Assembly (NCBI GenBank): GCA_003557725.1
Contig: PWNQ01000041.1
Span: forward strand, 8,481-72,480
From: Bacteroidales bacterium
GTDB lineage: Bacteria; Bacteroidota; Bacteroidia; Bacteroidales; PWNQ01
Direction: 5' to 3'
DNA: 64,000 bases
Each line of letters opens with the position of its first letter. The stretch's first letter is position 1. The notes below the pieces were generated by a model that saw only the letters and a program-made list of their open reading frames with translations, had not been told where the DNA came from and ran no database searches. The position numbers and the translations under genes were made by a program. Of this stretch, positions 30,196 through 40,002 are shown in pieces.

Positions 30196-33100
30196 ATGAG
30201 TTACTTATTAAGAATTTCAGTATTGGCCATTATTGCCGTGCTGATGCTTCCCCAAGACGGACTGGCATACAAAGTCCCGCGTGATAAGGAGAGGACGCCC
30301 AATAAACAACAAAAAAGCGTTGCCTCCGCCGGATGCCTTCCCGGGACTGCACATATAGACTTGGACATTAACAACGTTCGTGCAAGGATTAACCAAAGTG
30401 GAGATATGTGGTGGGACCTGCAGGGTAACCCACGATATGAGGTGCCCAAAGGTTCAGGAAAACACTCCATGTTCTCCGCCGCCCTTTGGATGGCCGGAGT
30501 GGATGTAAATGGGCAATTGAAAGCCGCCGCACAGAGATACCGGGGGTCGGGAGTGGACTTCTGGCCGGGACCCCTATCTACGGATGGGAAGGCCACGGTG
30601 GACGCTGAAACATGTAAAGCCTACGACCGCCACTGGGTTATGACAAGAGCCATGGTGGAAGAGTTCCTGGCCTGGAGAGATGACCCGGACGAATTCCCGG
30701 AATATGTTATCCCACAGGAAATATTGAACTACCCGGCTCACGGTGACGTGTCAAAAAATCAAGCCTATTATCTGGCTCCTTTTTATGATTATACCGGTGA
30801 CGGAACTTATGACCCTACATCCGGAGACTATCCATACTATGACTTCGATAACGAACTGTGTAAAAACTATGTCCCTACCATGGAAGGAAATGGTATCCTG
30901 GAAGACCAGGTGCTTAAAGGGGACCAGACCATCTGGTGGGTGTTTAACGACAGAGGAAACGTACATGCTGAAACAGAAGCTGCACCTATAGGTGTGGAAA
31001 TCCGGGCTCAGGCGTTTGCTTTTCTTACCAACGATGAGATCAACAACTCTACATTTTATTCTTACGAGATCATTAACCGCTCTACCCATCGGCTCACCAA
31101 TACCTATTTTAGCCAGTGGGTGGATATGGATATTGGAGACCCTTATGACGACTATGTGGGCTGTGATGTGGGCCGTGGACTGGGGTATGCCTATAACGGG
31201 GAAGCTGTTGATGGTAGTGGCGGACCTAATCACTATGGAGCACAGCCACCGGCTATTGGGGTAGACTTTTTTCAGGGACCATATATAGACCCTGACGGAC
31301 TGGATAACCCAAGATTTCAGAGAGTTATTTCCTATGATATAGATACTGTCATTGTGGGAGTGGACACCATTCTGGATACATTAAGCATTGATACTGTTTC
31401 CAGGCAAATTGTTGACGCCAGCATCAATGGCGTGAACTTCGCCGATGGTATTGTGGACAATGAGCGATTTGGAATGCGCAGGTTCGTTTACCATAACAAT
31501 GTTGGTGGAGGTACCAACCCAGCTATGACTGACCCCCAGACCGGCAGTGAATACTATCAATTGCTCCGGGGAATCTGGAAAGATGGTACCCGAATGCTTT
31601 ATGGTGGTAATGCCCACCAGAACTCAGGTGCCTATGGCCCTGAGTGTGACTTTATGTTTCCCGGAGATACCGATCCGTGGAACTGGGGTACCGGAGGACA
31701 ACCACCTAATGGACCAACCTACTGGACCGAAGAGACAGCAGGGAATGTTCCTTACGACCGCCGGTTTATGCAATCTGCCGGACCATTTACCCTGGAAGCC
31801 GGTGCAGTGAATTACATCACTGTGGGTATTCCATGGGCAAGAGCTTCTTCCGGAGGCCCATTCGCCTCTGTGGAACTGCTCAGGGAAATTGATGATAAAC
31901 TCCAACGATTGTTTGATAACTGCTTCCAGGTAATGGATGGCCCGGATGCACCGGACCTGACCATTAGAGAAATGGACAGAAAACTGATCCTGTATCTTTC
32001 CAACAGGCCCACTTCAAATAACTACAAAGAGCAGTACGAAGAGTGGGATCCCACCATTATTACTCCGGACAGCATTACCGATGATTCTCTCAGGTATGAC
32101 TCCATGTATCGCTTTGAGGGATATCAGATTTTCCAGCTAAGAGATGCCTCAGTGTCTGTCACCGACATCCGTGACCCCGACCTGGCCCGGGAAGTGGCAC
32201 AAGTGGATATTAAAAACGGAGTGGGACAACTGGTTAATTTTGAGAGAAGCCAACGTCTGGATGCCAATGTGCCTATGGAAATGGTGATGGGCGGCGATGA
32301 AGGCATCAAGCACTCGTTTGTTATTACGGAAGACGCTTTTGCTTCCGGGGACAGAAGACTGGTTAACCACAAAAAATATTATTTCGTAGCTATTGCCTAT
32401 GCATATAACGAATATATGCCGTATTCACAGGAGCCCGGGGTTGTTAATGGTCTCTATGGCCAGCAGCAACCATACCTGGCAGGGCGAAAGGGTGCTACAG
32501 GAGCCATTACCCCGGTTACTGCGATCCCCCATCTCGTCCAACCTGAAAGAGGCGGAACGGAAGTGCGCTCTGAGTACGGAGACGGGCCTATGATTACCAG
32601 AATAGAAGGACAAGGTAACGGAGGGTTGAACCTTCAGCTTACCGAGGAAAGTATCCAGGAGATACTGAACTCTCCACAACACAGGACTAAGCATCCAGTG
32701 TATGAACATGGAAAGGGACCCATTGATGTGAAAGTAGTTGACCCCGTTCGAGTAAAACCGGGCAATTATACCCTGATGCTCACAGTGAGTAACGACAGCA
32801 TTGACTACGCCGGATGGGTGCTGCTCAACACCAATGACCTTACAGATACCATCGCAGTTAGTCAGCATACCATTGATATTAATAATGAACAGCTATTGCT
32901 GGACTTAGGTCTGTCCATTACCATTAACCAGGTAGGGAAACCAGGCGATGCTAACCTGCAGAACAGCGGCGTAATCACCTCTTCCATCAGCTTTGCTGAC
33001 AGCTCTAAGCGCTGGCTCTCCGGCGTACCCAATAACGATGCCTCCATAGCCCTTAACTGGATCCGGTCAGGTACCATGGACGACCCCGCAAATCAGGATA

Positions 33101-34263
33101 ATAACGATTATTCTACAGGGCCGTCACACAGCAGAATTTTCCTGGATCCCAATGAGAATTTTGAGAAGATCATTGGAGGAACCTGGACGGCCTACCGAAT
33201 GGCTGCACATACCAACTTGCTGGATCACGGGCCTGCCTTGGGAGGAGCTTTTCATCAGCAAAATGATATGGGTAAGTTGTCCAGTGTGGACATCGTGTTT
33301 ACCGATGATAAGAGCAAATGGACCCGTTGCCCTGTAATTGAAATGGGTGATGATCAGGCTCTTACCGAAGGGAACGCACAGCAATGGAGACTGCGCGAAG
33401 CGGCTTCGGTGGATAAAAATGGAAACCCCGACAACAGCGGAACAACCGGCATGGGCTGGTTCCCCGGATATGCCATCAATGTGGAAACCGGAGAAAGACT
33501 GAACATGATCTTTTCTGAAGATTCCTGGCTCGTTGGTGAAAATGGCAGAGACATGAAGTGGAACCCAACAGGAAGATACTTTACCGACCTGGGAGTGCCT
33601 CTTCTTGGCGGAAAACACTATGTATATGTGCTTGATCATGATAATCAAAGCCCTGCATATGATGAGGGAAAATGGGCTTACGATCAGCTCCGGACTGAAA
33701 GCCCTGCGCTTATCGGCCTTATGACCCGTAGCATAATGTGGGTGGGCATGCCCATGCTTAATCCACAATTTGAACTGCTGGAGACGGAAGCCACCATCAG
33801 CATACGCGTTCAGCGACCTTATGAACGGTATTACTCCACTCCTGACTTCCAGGAAAACAACCCCATTAATGACAATTATCCGGTTTATCAATTCTCTACC
33901 GATGATATTTCTGCTCGCAGAGGGGTGACATCTATTGCTAAAACCATGTTGGACACCATCCGGGTGGTTCCCAACCCCTATTATGGTTACTCCCAGTATG
34001 AAACCAGCCAGCTGGATAACCGGGTAAGGATCACTAACCTGCCTGAAGTCTGTACTATCACCATTTACAGCCTGGATGGCACATTGGTGAGAAGGTTTAC
34101 CAAAGACTCCTATCTTACCAGCATTGACTGGGACCTGAAGAACCATGTGGGCATCCCCATATCCAGCGGTATGTACCTGGTTCATGTTAATGCACCGGGA
34201 ATAGGCGAAACGGTAATTAAATGGTTTGGCTCTATGCGCCCCGCTGACCTGGAGGCATTCTAA
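30196..34263 (+). CDS. Large secreted protein with T9SS type A-like C-terminal sorting domain
   Basis: Signal peptide, LDINNVRARI N-terminal domain, DGPDAPDL/FEGYQIFQ FN3-like region, CTD IRVVPNPY...ITIYSLDG...WDLKN...SGMYLVHV. Confidence 0.85.
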   Translation: MSYLLRISVLAIIAVLMLPQDGLAYKVPRDKERTPNKQQKSVASAGCLPGTAHIDLDINNVRARINQSGDMWWDLQGNPRYEVPKGSGKHSMFSAALWMAGVDVNGQLKAAAQRYRGSGVDFWPGPLSTDGKATVDAETCKAYDRHWVMTRAMVEEFLAWRDDPDEFPEYVIPQEILNYPAHGDVSKNQAYYLAPFYDYTGDGTYDPTSGDYPYYDFDNELCKNYVPTMEGNGILEDQVLKGDQTIWWVFNDRGNVHAETEAAPIGVEIRAQAFAFLTNDEINNSTFYSYEIINRSTHRLTNTYFSQWVDMDIGDPYDDYVGCDVGRGLGYAYNGEAVDGSGGPNHYGAQPPAIGVDFFQGPYIDPDGLDNPRFQRVISYDIDTVIVGVDTILDTLSIDTVSRQIVDASINGVNFADGIVDNERFGMRRFVYHNNVGGGTNPAMTDPQTGSEYYQLLRGIWKDGTRMLYGGNAHQNSGAYGPECDFMFPGDTDPWNWGTGGQPPNGPTYWTEETAGNVPYDRRFMQSAGPFTLEAGAVNYITVGIPWARASSGGPFASVELLREIDDKLQRLFDNCFQVMDGPDAPDLTIREMDRKLILYLSNRPTSNNYKEQYEEWDPTIITPDSITDDSLRYDSMYRFEGYQIFQLRDASVSVTDIRDPDLAREVAQVDIKNGVGQLVNFERSQRLDANVPMEMVMGGDEGIKHSFVITEDAFASGDRRLVNHKKYYFVAIAYAYNEYMPYSQEPGVVNGLYGQQQPYLAGRKGATGAITPVTAIPHLVQPERGGTEVRSEYGDGPMITRIEGQGNGGLNLQLTEESIQEILNSPQHRTKHPVYEHGKGPIDVKVVDPVRVKPGNYTLMLTVSNDSIDYAGWVLLNTNDLTDTIAVSQHTIDINNEQLLLDLGLSITINQVGKPGDANLQNSGVITSSISFADSSKRWLSGVPNNDASIALNWIRSGTMDDPANQDNNDYSTGPSHSRIFLDPNENFEKIIGGTWTAYRMAAHTNLLDHGPALGGAFHQQNDMGKLSSVDIVFTDDKSKWTRCPVIEMGDDQALTEGNAQQWRLREAASVDKNGNPDNSGTTGMGWFPGYAINVETGERLNMIFSEDSWLVGENGRDMKWNPTGRYFTDLGVPLLGGKHYVYVLDHDNQSPAYDEGKWAYDQLRTESPALIGLMTRSIMWVGMPMLNPQFELLETEATISIRVQRPYERYYSTPDFQENNPINDNYPVYQFSTDDISARRGVTSIAKTMLDTIRVVPNPYYGYSQYETSQLDNRVRITNLPEVCTITIYSLDGTLVRRFTKDSYLTSIDWDLKNHVGIPISSGMYLVHVNAPGIGETVIKWFGSMRPADLEAF

Positions 34264-34277
34264 GGATATATGGCACG

Positions 34278-34330
34278 TGAGCCCGGAAGGGTGCTAACAC
34301 CATTTTGGCTACAGCACTTTTCCGGGTTCA
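34278..34330 (+). other. Intercistronic 18-bp stem-loop
   Basis: TGAGCCCGGAAGGGTGCT pairs with AGCACTTTTCCGGGTTCA (three G-U pairs); no U-tract follows. Confidence 0.65.
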
Positions 34331-34374
34331 TAAAACCAACAACTAATTATGAATACCAGACAAAATTCAGAACA

Positions 34375-35436
34375 ATGAGACATAAAGTAAAGAGTTTGAT
34401 TTCAATGGCCTTGGGAGGAATAATCCTTTTTTCCGTCCTTAATGCCAGTGCCGGTAACAAAGACCGGGCCGGACAAGCGGGAGCTGATGAGTTATTGATT
34501 AACCCATGGGCTAAATCATCAGGATGGGCCTGCGCCAATACCGGAGGGGTCAGAGGAATGGAAGCCCAATACATCAATGTTGCCGGACTGGCTTTTACAG
34601 AAACCACCCAAATCGGGTATACACACACCAACTATCTGGCTGGGACAGGAATTAGTATTAATACGCTGGGACTGGCACAAAGGGTGTCGGAAACAGGAGG
34701 GGTCCTGGGCCTGGGAATTATGTCTATGTCCCTGGGCGATATTGACCGCACCGAAGTAGATATGCCCGAAGGAGGTATTGGAACTTTTGCCCCAAGCTTC
34801 CTGAATGTTAACCTCTCTTATGCCAGAGCCTTTTCCAATAGCATCTTTGGTGGCGTTAATGTTAAAATTATCTCCCATCAAATTGCGGATATCAGCGCCA
34901 GTGGTATGGCTATCGATGTTGGGGTGCAATATGTCACCGGACGTACCGATAATATTAAGTTTGGAGTTGCCCTGAAAAATGTGGGAGCACCTATGAAGTT
35001 TACAGGCGATGGAATGTCGCTGAGGACGATAATCACTGAAACAAGGCACACCATGACTGTGGAACAGCGCTCTGATGCATACGAATTGCCCGCATTGCTC
35101 AGAATTGGAATCACCTATGATATCGATCTGGCTGATAACCACATCCTTTCTCTGGCCGGAAACTTCCAGTCCAACTCTTTCAGGAAAGATATATTCTCCC
35201 TGGGAGCACAATACCAGTTTAGTGACTACCTTGAAATCAGAGGTGGATACAACTACGAGGAGGGACTGCTTAATGAGGGAGACCGTACCACCGTATTCAC
35301 CGGTCCTACTGCCTGCCTTTCTCTGAAAGTGCCCATTGACCGCGAAGAAAATAGCTTTTTTACCATAGATTATTCATACAGGGCTACGCATCCGTTTGAT
35401 GGGGTTCATGCTTTTGGAACTTCCATCGCACTGTAA
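34375..35436 (+). CDS. PorV/PorQ-family outer membrane beta-barrel (PorV paralog)
   Basis: Signal peptide, GQAGADELLINPWAKS plug, SYARAFS, GVNVKII, DVGVQY, GVALKNVG, LPALLRIG, IDYSY. Confidence 0.85.
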   Translation: MRHKVKSLISMALGGIILFSVLNASAGNKDRAGQAGADELLINPWAKSSGWACANTGGVRGMEAQYINVAGLAFTETTQIGYTHTNYLAGTGISINTLGLAQRVSETGGVLGLGIMSMSLGDIDRTEVDMPEGGIGTFAPSFLNVNLSYARAFSNSIFGGVNVKIISHQIADISASGMAIDVGVQYVTGRTDNIKFGVALKNVGAPMKFTGDGMSLRTIITETRHTMTVEQRSDAYELPALLRIGITYDIDLADNHILSLAGNFQSNSFRKDIFSLGAQYQFSDYLEIRGGYNYEEGLLNEGDRTTVFTGPTACLSLKVPIDREENSFFTIDYSYRATHPFDGVHAFGTSIAL

Positions 35437-35485
35437 TTAATAATTGTTGCGCCTGTATAATTAATGTAGTATCTTTATGCACGAT

Positions 35486-35524
35486 TACAAGGGGACCCTT
35501 TCCCAAAGGGTCTTCTTGTATTTT
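35486..35524 (+). terminator. Intrinsic terminator-like hairpin between the PorV paralog and greA
   Basis: TACAAGGGGACCCTTT-CCC-AAAGGGTCTTCTTGTA followed by TTTT. Confidence 0.7.
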
Positions 35525-35555
35525 GTTGTATGTTAAATAAATGAAAATTATAGAC

Positions 35556-36032
35556 ATGGCTAATGTAAAATACTATAACAAGGAGGGGTTGGAGAAGCTA
35601 AAAAATGAGCTGAACCAACTGGAAAAGGTGGAAAGACCCAAAATATCACAGCAAATTTCGGAGGCCCGAGATAAGGGGGACTTATCTGAAAATGCAGAAT
35701 ATGACGCCGCAAAGGAAGCTCAGGGATTACTGGAAGCTAAAATCTCAAAACTGAAGGAGATTATCAATAACGCCAGAATAATTGATGAGTCCAAACTGGA
35801 TGATAGCAAGGTGTTATTGTTTTCCACCGTGGTGATCAAAAATATGAAAAACAACCAAAAAATGACCTATACCCTCGTCCCCGAAAAGGAGGCCAACCTT
35901 AAGGAGGGAAAAATCTCAGTGGATTCGCCCATCGCAAAGGGACTGCTGGGCAAAGAAGTGAATGAAAAGGCCGATATACAGGTTCCTGCCGGAAAGTTCA
36001 CCTTTCAAATAATGGATATTACCAGAAAATAG
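35556..36032 (+). CDS. greA: Transcription elongation factor GreA
   Basis: EARDKGDLSENAEYDAAKE, ISVDSPIAKGLLG. Confidence 0.96.
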   Translation: MANVKYYNKEGLEKLKNELNQLEKVERPKISQQISEARDKGDLSENAEYDAAKEAQGLLEAKISKLKEIINNARIIDESKLDDSKVLLFSTVVIKNMKNNQKMTYTLVPEKEANLKEGKISVDSPIAKGLLGKEVNEKADIQVPAGKFTFQIMDITRK

Positions 36033-36056
36033 ATAAACTTTTACCCTTTTCCTGCC

Positions 36057-36449
36057 ATGAGTAGCATTTTTACCAAAATCGTTAATAAGGAAATCCCTTG
36101 TTATAAGATTGCCGAAGACGATTCCTTTTTGGCTTTTCTGGATATTAACCCGCTGGCTAAAGGCCATACGCTGGTTATACCCAAAAAGGAGGTGGATTAT
36201 ATCTTCCATTTGGATGATACATTGTATAAGGAGCTATTTGCTTTTGCCAAAAAAGTGGCACCAGCCATTGAAAAGACCATTAAATGTGAGCGTATTGGCA
36301 TTACAGTGATTGGCCTGGAGGTGCCTCATGCCCACATCCATCTTATTCCAATTAACTCTTTGTATGATATGGACTTTAAGCAGCCAAAGCTGAAGCTGAC
36401 CCAGGAGGAGTTTGCTGCCATGGCTGAGAAGATCCGGGGCAACCTCTAA
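36057..36449 (+). CDS. HIT family protein
   Basis: SIFTKI, FLDINP, GHTLVIPK, VPHAHIHLIP. Confidence 0.95.
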   Translation: MSSIFTKIVNKEIPCYKIAEDDSFLAFLDINPLAKGHTLVIPKKEVDYIFHLDDTLYKELFAFAKKVAPAIEKTIKCERIGITVIGLEVPHAHIHLIPINSLYDMDFKQPKLKLTQEEFAAMAEKIRGNL

Positions 36450-36458
36450 TAGAATGGT

Positions 36459-37022
36459 TTACCGGGATATGCGCCCCGGGTTGTTTTTTAGGAATGATTT
36501 CCAGTTGCCATCTTTTTTTCCTGTTGGGGCTGTTGCATCGCGCTGAAAAAAGTGGCATACGGCTACGGCCAGCCCGTCGGTAGCATCCAGATACTCCGGT
36601 GGCTCTTTGATTTTTAACAGTCGTTCCAGCATGCCCGCCACCTGTTCCTTGGAAGCCCCGCCCCGACCGGTTATGGACTGCTTTATGCGGCGAGGAGAAT
36701 ATTCGAATACCGGAATATCCCGGGATAATGCCGCCGCCAGAATCACCCCCTGGGCTCGACCCAGCTTTAACATGGACTGAATATTCTTGCCATAAAACAG
36801 GGCTTCGATGGCCAGACTGTCTGGATGGTGCTCGTCTATTATGGATAGCGTACGGTGAAAAATCTTTTTTAACTTTGACGCCGGATCGGTCAACCCGCTT
36901 AATTTTAAAACCCCCATATTAAGCAGAGAAATATGATTGCCACGGGCCTCTATTAGACCATATCCCATTATATTTGTGCCCGGGTCAATACCCAAAATAA
37001 TCTGTTCATTTTTCAAAACCAT
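36459..37022 (-). CDS. ruvC: Crossover junction endodeoxyribonuclease RuvC
   Basis: ILGIDPG, LAIE, KLGRAQG, SKEQV, DATDGLAVAVCH. Confidence 0.96.
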   Translation of the reverse strand: MVLKNEQIILGIDPGTNIMGYGLIEARGNHISLLNMGVLKLSGLTDPASKLKKIFHRTLSIIDEHHPDSLAIEALFYGKNIQSMLKLGRAQGVILAAALSRDIPVFEYSPRRIKQSITGRGGASKEQVAGMLERLLKIKEPPEYLDATDGLAVAVCHFFQRDATAPTGKKDGNWKSFLKNNPGRISR

Positions 37023-37031
37023 GATATCATT

Positions 37032-38102
37032 TTGTCCGCAACAAAACTATACAAATCTTTTAACCGGGGAATTAAAATAATCGTCTTTGTCCTTGCTTAT
37101 TATTTTATTTTTAAGCAACTGACAGAAAGAGAAGTCCATTTTAATACCCTCGCAGAGATGTTCCGGGGTGCACACTTTTCTCTGTACTTTACTGGCGCTA
37201 TGGTTTTGGTGCTATTGCTTATGCTTGTAAACTGGGGCGTGGAAAGTCGGAAATGGCAGTTTTTAATAGGGAAAAATGAAAAGATCAGTTGGATGACCAG
37301 CCTCACCGGAGTGTTTGGAGGGGTGACCATTAGTTCTATTACACCCAACCGCACCGGAGAATACCTGGGACGGGTATTTATCCTTAAAAAAACCCACCCG
37401 GTAAGAGGAATACTCATCACCATGGTGGGCAGCATTAGTCAGTTGTTTGCCACTCTTCTGGCGGGTACAGCAGCCATGGTATATTTGTTTGTAAAATTCC
37501 CTGTGGATACTTTAGTCTGGCCTCCCGTCTACGTTATTGCAGCTATCGGTTCGGTTGTTCTGTTAACCGTTATCCTGGCTGCATTTTACTTTAATATTCC
37601 TGGATTATATGGGAAAATAGAAACATGGATACAGAGAAGACCCCTTGTACACCGCTTTTTTAACGTATTTTTAAAGTATAACCGAAAGGACCTTGCCCTG
37701 GTATGGGGGTGGAGCATGGTGAGGTATGGCGTGTTTAGCTTTCAGCTTTATATTTTGCTCCGTGTTCTTCAGATCAACTTCCCCTTTGCCGACATGATGG
37801 CCATAATTGCACTTATATTTCTGGGTATTACCCTCATCCCTTCCATAGCTTTGGCCGAACTCCCTGTCAGGGGGTCCGTTGCTATCTTTGTGCTTAGTAT
37901 ATATGCGCAACTAAGCCATGTGCAAATTCCTGAAGATGCTCAGATGAAGATGCTTGCTGCCACAAGTATATTATGGCTAATTAATATCGTGTTGCCCACT
38001 ATCATTGGCTCTTTTGTTATTTCTAAATTGTCATTCTTTAAAATAAAAAAACATCATAAACGCACAGCCGGGGGAACCTGGGAAGGCATGAAAGATCAGT
38101 AA
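37032..38102 (+). CDS. Lysylphosphatidylglycerol synthase TM-domain (flippase-like) membrane protein
   Basis: NWGVESRKW, TPNRTGEYLGR, ELPVRG; multiple TM helices; TTG start uncertain. Confidence 0.8.
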   Translation: MSATKLYKSFNRGIKIIVFVLAYYFIFKQLTEREVHFNTLAEMFRGAHFSLYFTGAMVLVLLLMLVNWGVESRKWQFLIGKNEKISWMTSLTGVFGGVTISSITPNRTGEYLGRVFILKKTHPVRGILITMVGSISQLFATLLAGTAAMVYLFVKFPVDTLVWPPVYVIAAIGSVVLLTVILAAFYFNIPGLYGKIETWIQRRPLVHRFFNVFLKYNRKDLALVWGWSMVRYGVFSFQLYILLRVLQINFPFADMMAIIALIFLGITLIPSIALAELPVRGSVAIFVLSIYAQLSHVQIPEDAQMKMLAATSILWLINIVLPTIIGSFVISKLSFFKIKKHHKRTAGGTWEGMKDQ

Positions 38103-38134
38103 AACGAAAAATGATGTTTCCAAAATAAGACAAT

Positions 38135-39280
38135 ATGACGGTTACTTTTTTCCAGGCTGCCGGTCTATTTATTCTTCTGATATACTCCCTGCTCATTCTG
38201 GCTTTTTTCAAAGGCTGGAGGAAACTGCCGGTATATGAATTGCGTAAGCATACCCTTCCGGCTTATATGAGTATTGTTGTTCCCGTACGAAACGAGGCCA
38301 TAAACATCATTAAGCTGCTTTATGCTTTAAAAAGGCAGAATTATGATCAGCGTTGCTTTCGTGTTATTATTGTTGATGACCACTCTACAGACTCCACCCG
38401 GGAGCATATAAAGATTTTCAGGGGCAAACATCCTCAGATGAACATTATTCTGAAGTGGTTACCCGATGGAAAGACCTCCAAAAAGCAGGCTTTAAAGGCC
38501 GGTGTTGCTCAGGCTAAAGGGGATGCTTTGATCTTTATGGATGCAGACGGCCTGCCGGGTCCCGATTATTTAAGGATAATGAATGAATACTACCGCAAGG
38601 ATCGGCCTGCCATGCTGCTGGGCCCCATAGCTGTTCACGGTGGCAGCAACTTGTTTGACCGACTGCAGGCCCTGGAGTTTTTATCTCTTATCTTTTCAAC
38701 TGCCGGTGCAGCAGGAATGCAAAAGCCTATAATGGCCAACGGTGCCAGCTTGCTTATGGATATGCAGGTGCTTCAAGAGTATCACAATGATGACCCTTTT
38801 AAGGATGACCTGGCTTCAGGAGATGATATGTTCTTATTGCACCATGTGAAAAAATACCTGGGAAGCAAGCGAATATCCTTTGTCAGACACCCGGGAGCCA
38901 TTATTAAGACCTGCGGGGCCATTACCCCGGCCGCTTTCCGGGAACAACGAAAACGTTGGGTCTCCAAAAGCACAGCCTACAGGGACCCGTTCCTTATCTT
39001 CGTGGCAATCACTGTGTGGTTAATGGCAGTGGTGCAGGCCACCAGCCTGGGTGCTGGAGCCATAAATCCAAACCTTTTGTACTATACCGCTATCATATGG
39101 GGAGTAAAGATCATTGTGGATATTGTCGCACTCCTTCCTGTTACTCGTTTTACCGGACAAAAAAACCTGAGAAAGTACATACTGCTCCTTACCCTAATGC
39201 ATCCCTTTTACATACTCTTTACTTCTTTTTCCGGATGGTTGTTTCCATACCGATGGAAGGGCCGGAAGCATAAACGTTGA
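38135..39280 (+). CDS. Family 2 glycosyltransferase
   Basis: VVPVRNE, VDDHSTD, MDAD, SGDD, QRKRW; terminal TM helices. Confidence 0.92.
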   Translation: MTVTFFQAAGLFILLIYSLLILAFFKGWRKLPVYELRKHTLPAYMSIVVPVRNEAINIIKLLYALKRQNYDQRCFRVIIVDDHSTDSTREHIKIFRGKHPQMNIILKWLPDGKTSKKQALKAGVAQAKGDALIFMDADGLPGPDYLRIMNEYYRKDRPAMLLGPIAVHGGSNLFDRLQALEFLSLIFSTAGAAGMQKPIMANGASLLMDMQVLQEYHNDDPFKDDLASGDDMFLLHHVKKYLGSKRISFVRHPGAIIKTCGAITPAAFREQRKRWVSKSTAYRDPFLIFVAITVWLMAVVQATSLGAGAINPNLLYYTAIIWGVKIIVDIVALLPVTRFTGQKNLRKYILLLTLMHPFYILFTSFSGWLFPYRWKGRKHKR

Positions 39281-39313
39281 CTTAGGGGCAGCCTGACTAT
39301 TTGTAGAGGGAGG

Positions 39314-39991
39314 TTACCGTGTAGGTTTGTCAGCCAGCATGATGGCAATTTTCAGGTCCAGGGGGGTAGTCACTTTAAGGTTTTCTTCATCACCGGGCAC
39401 CAGGTGAATTTTTATGCCCATTTTTTCCACCACGCTGGCATCATCGGTAAATGACCTTTGCCATGGTTGCAAGTATGCCTTTTTAATCAACCGGGTATGA
39501 AATACCTGTGGGGTTTGGATCCTTTTTATCTGGTCCCGGGGGGCAACTGTTGAGCCATTATTGTCCGTTATTCTAATGGAATCGGGTGTGCTCAGGCAGG
39601 GGATGGCGGCTTTATGTACCTGGGCAGCATCGAAAATGCGGCGTATCATTGGGGCTGGTGGGAAAGGCCTTACTCCGTCATGCACAGCGGTTAAGCCCTG
39701 GTCTTCTTGGATGATATTGCAGGCGTTTTTTACGGATTCAAACCGTGTTTCGCCGCCCGGCACTATTTCATGCGCGGTGGTAAACTGAAATTGTTGGCAC
39801 AGCGACTTCCAAAAATCTATATGATCCCTGGGCAGGGCCACAATTTTCTTCAGCTCAGGGTCAAAGGCCTCAAAAGCCAGAATGGCATGCATAAGCAGTG
39901 GACGATCGCCAACCGGGATAAACTGCTTGGGGATCTCCCGCCCCATTCTGCGGCCAATACCTCCGGCAACAAAGATCACGTGGTTTGTCAC
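39314..39991 (-). CDS. ispD: 2-C-methyl-D-erythritol 4-phosphate cytidylyltransferase
   Basis: AGGIGRRM, PKQF, GGETRFESV, HDGVRP, QTPQVF, TDDASV, NLKVTTP. Confidence 0.95.
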   Translation of the reverse strand: MTNHVIFVAGGIGRRMGREIPKQFIPVGDRPLLMHAILAFEAFDPELKKIVALPRDHIDFWKSLCQQFQFTTAHEIVPGGETRFESVKNACNIIQEDQGLTAVHDGVRPFPPAPMIRRIFDAAQVHKAAIPCLSTPDSIRITDNNGSTVAPRDQIKRIQTPQVFHTRLIKKAYLQPWQRSFTDDASVVEKMGIKIHLVPGDEENLKVTTPLDLKIAIMLADKPTR

Positions 39992-40002
39992 AGCTTTATA
40001 CG

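Noticed and set aside
33124..34185. 353-aa antisense ORF
   Set aside because: Shadow of the T9SS cargo gene with no recognisable features.
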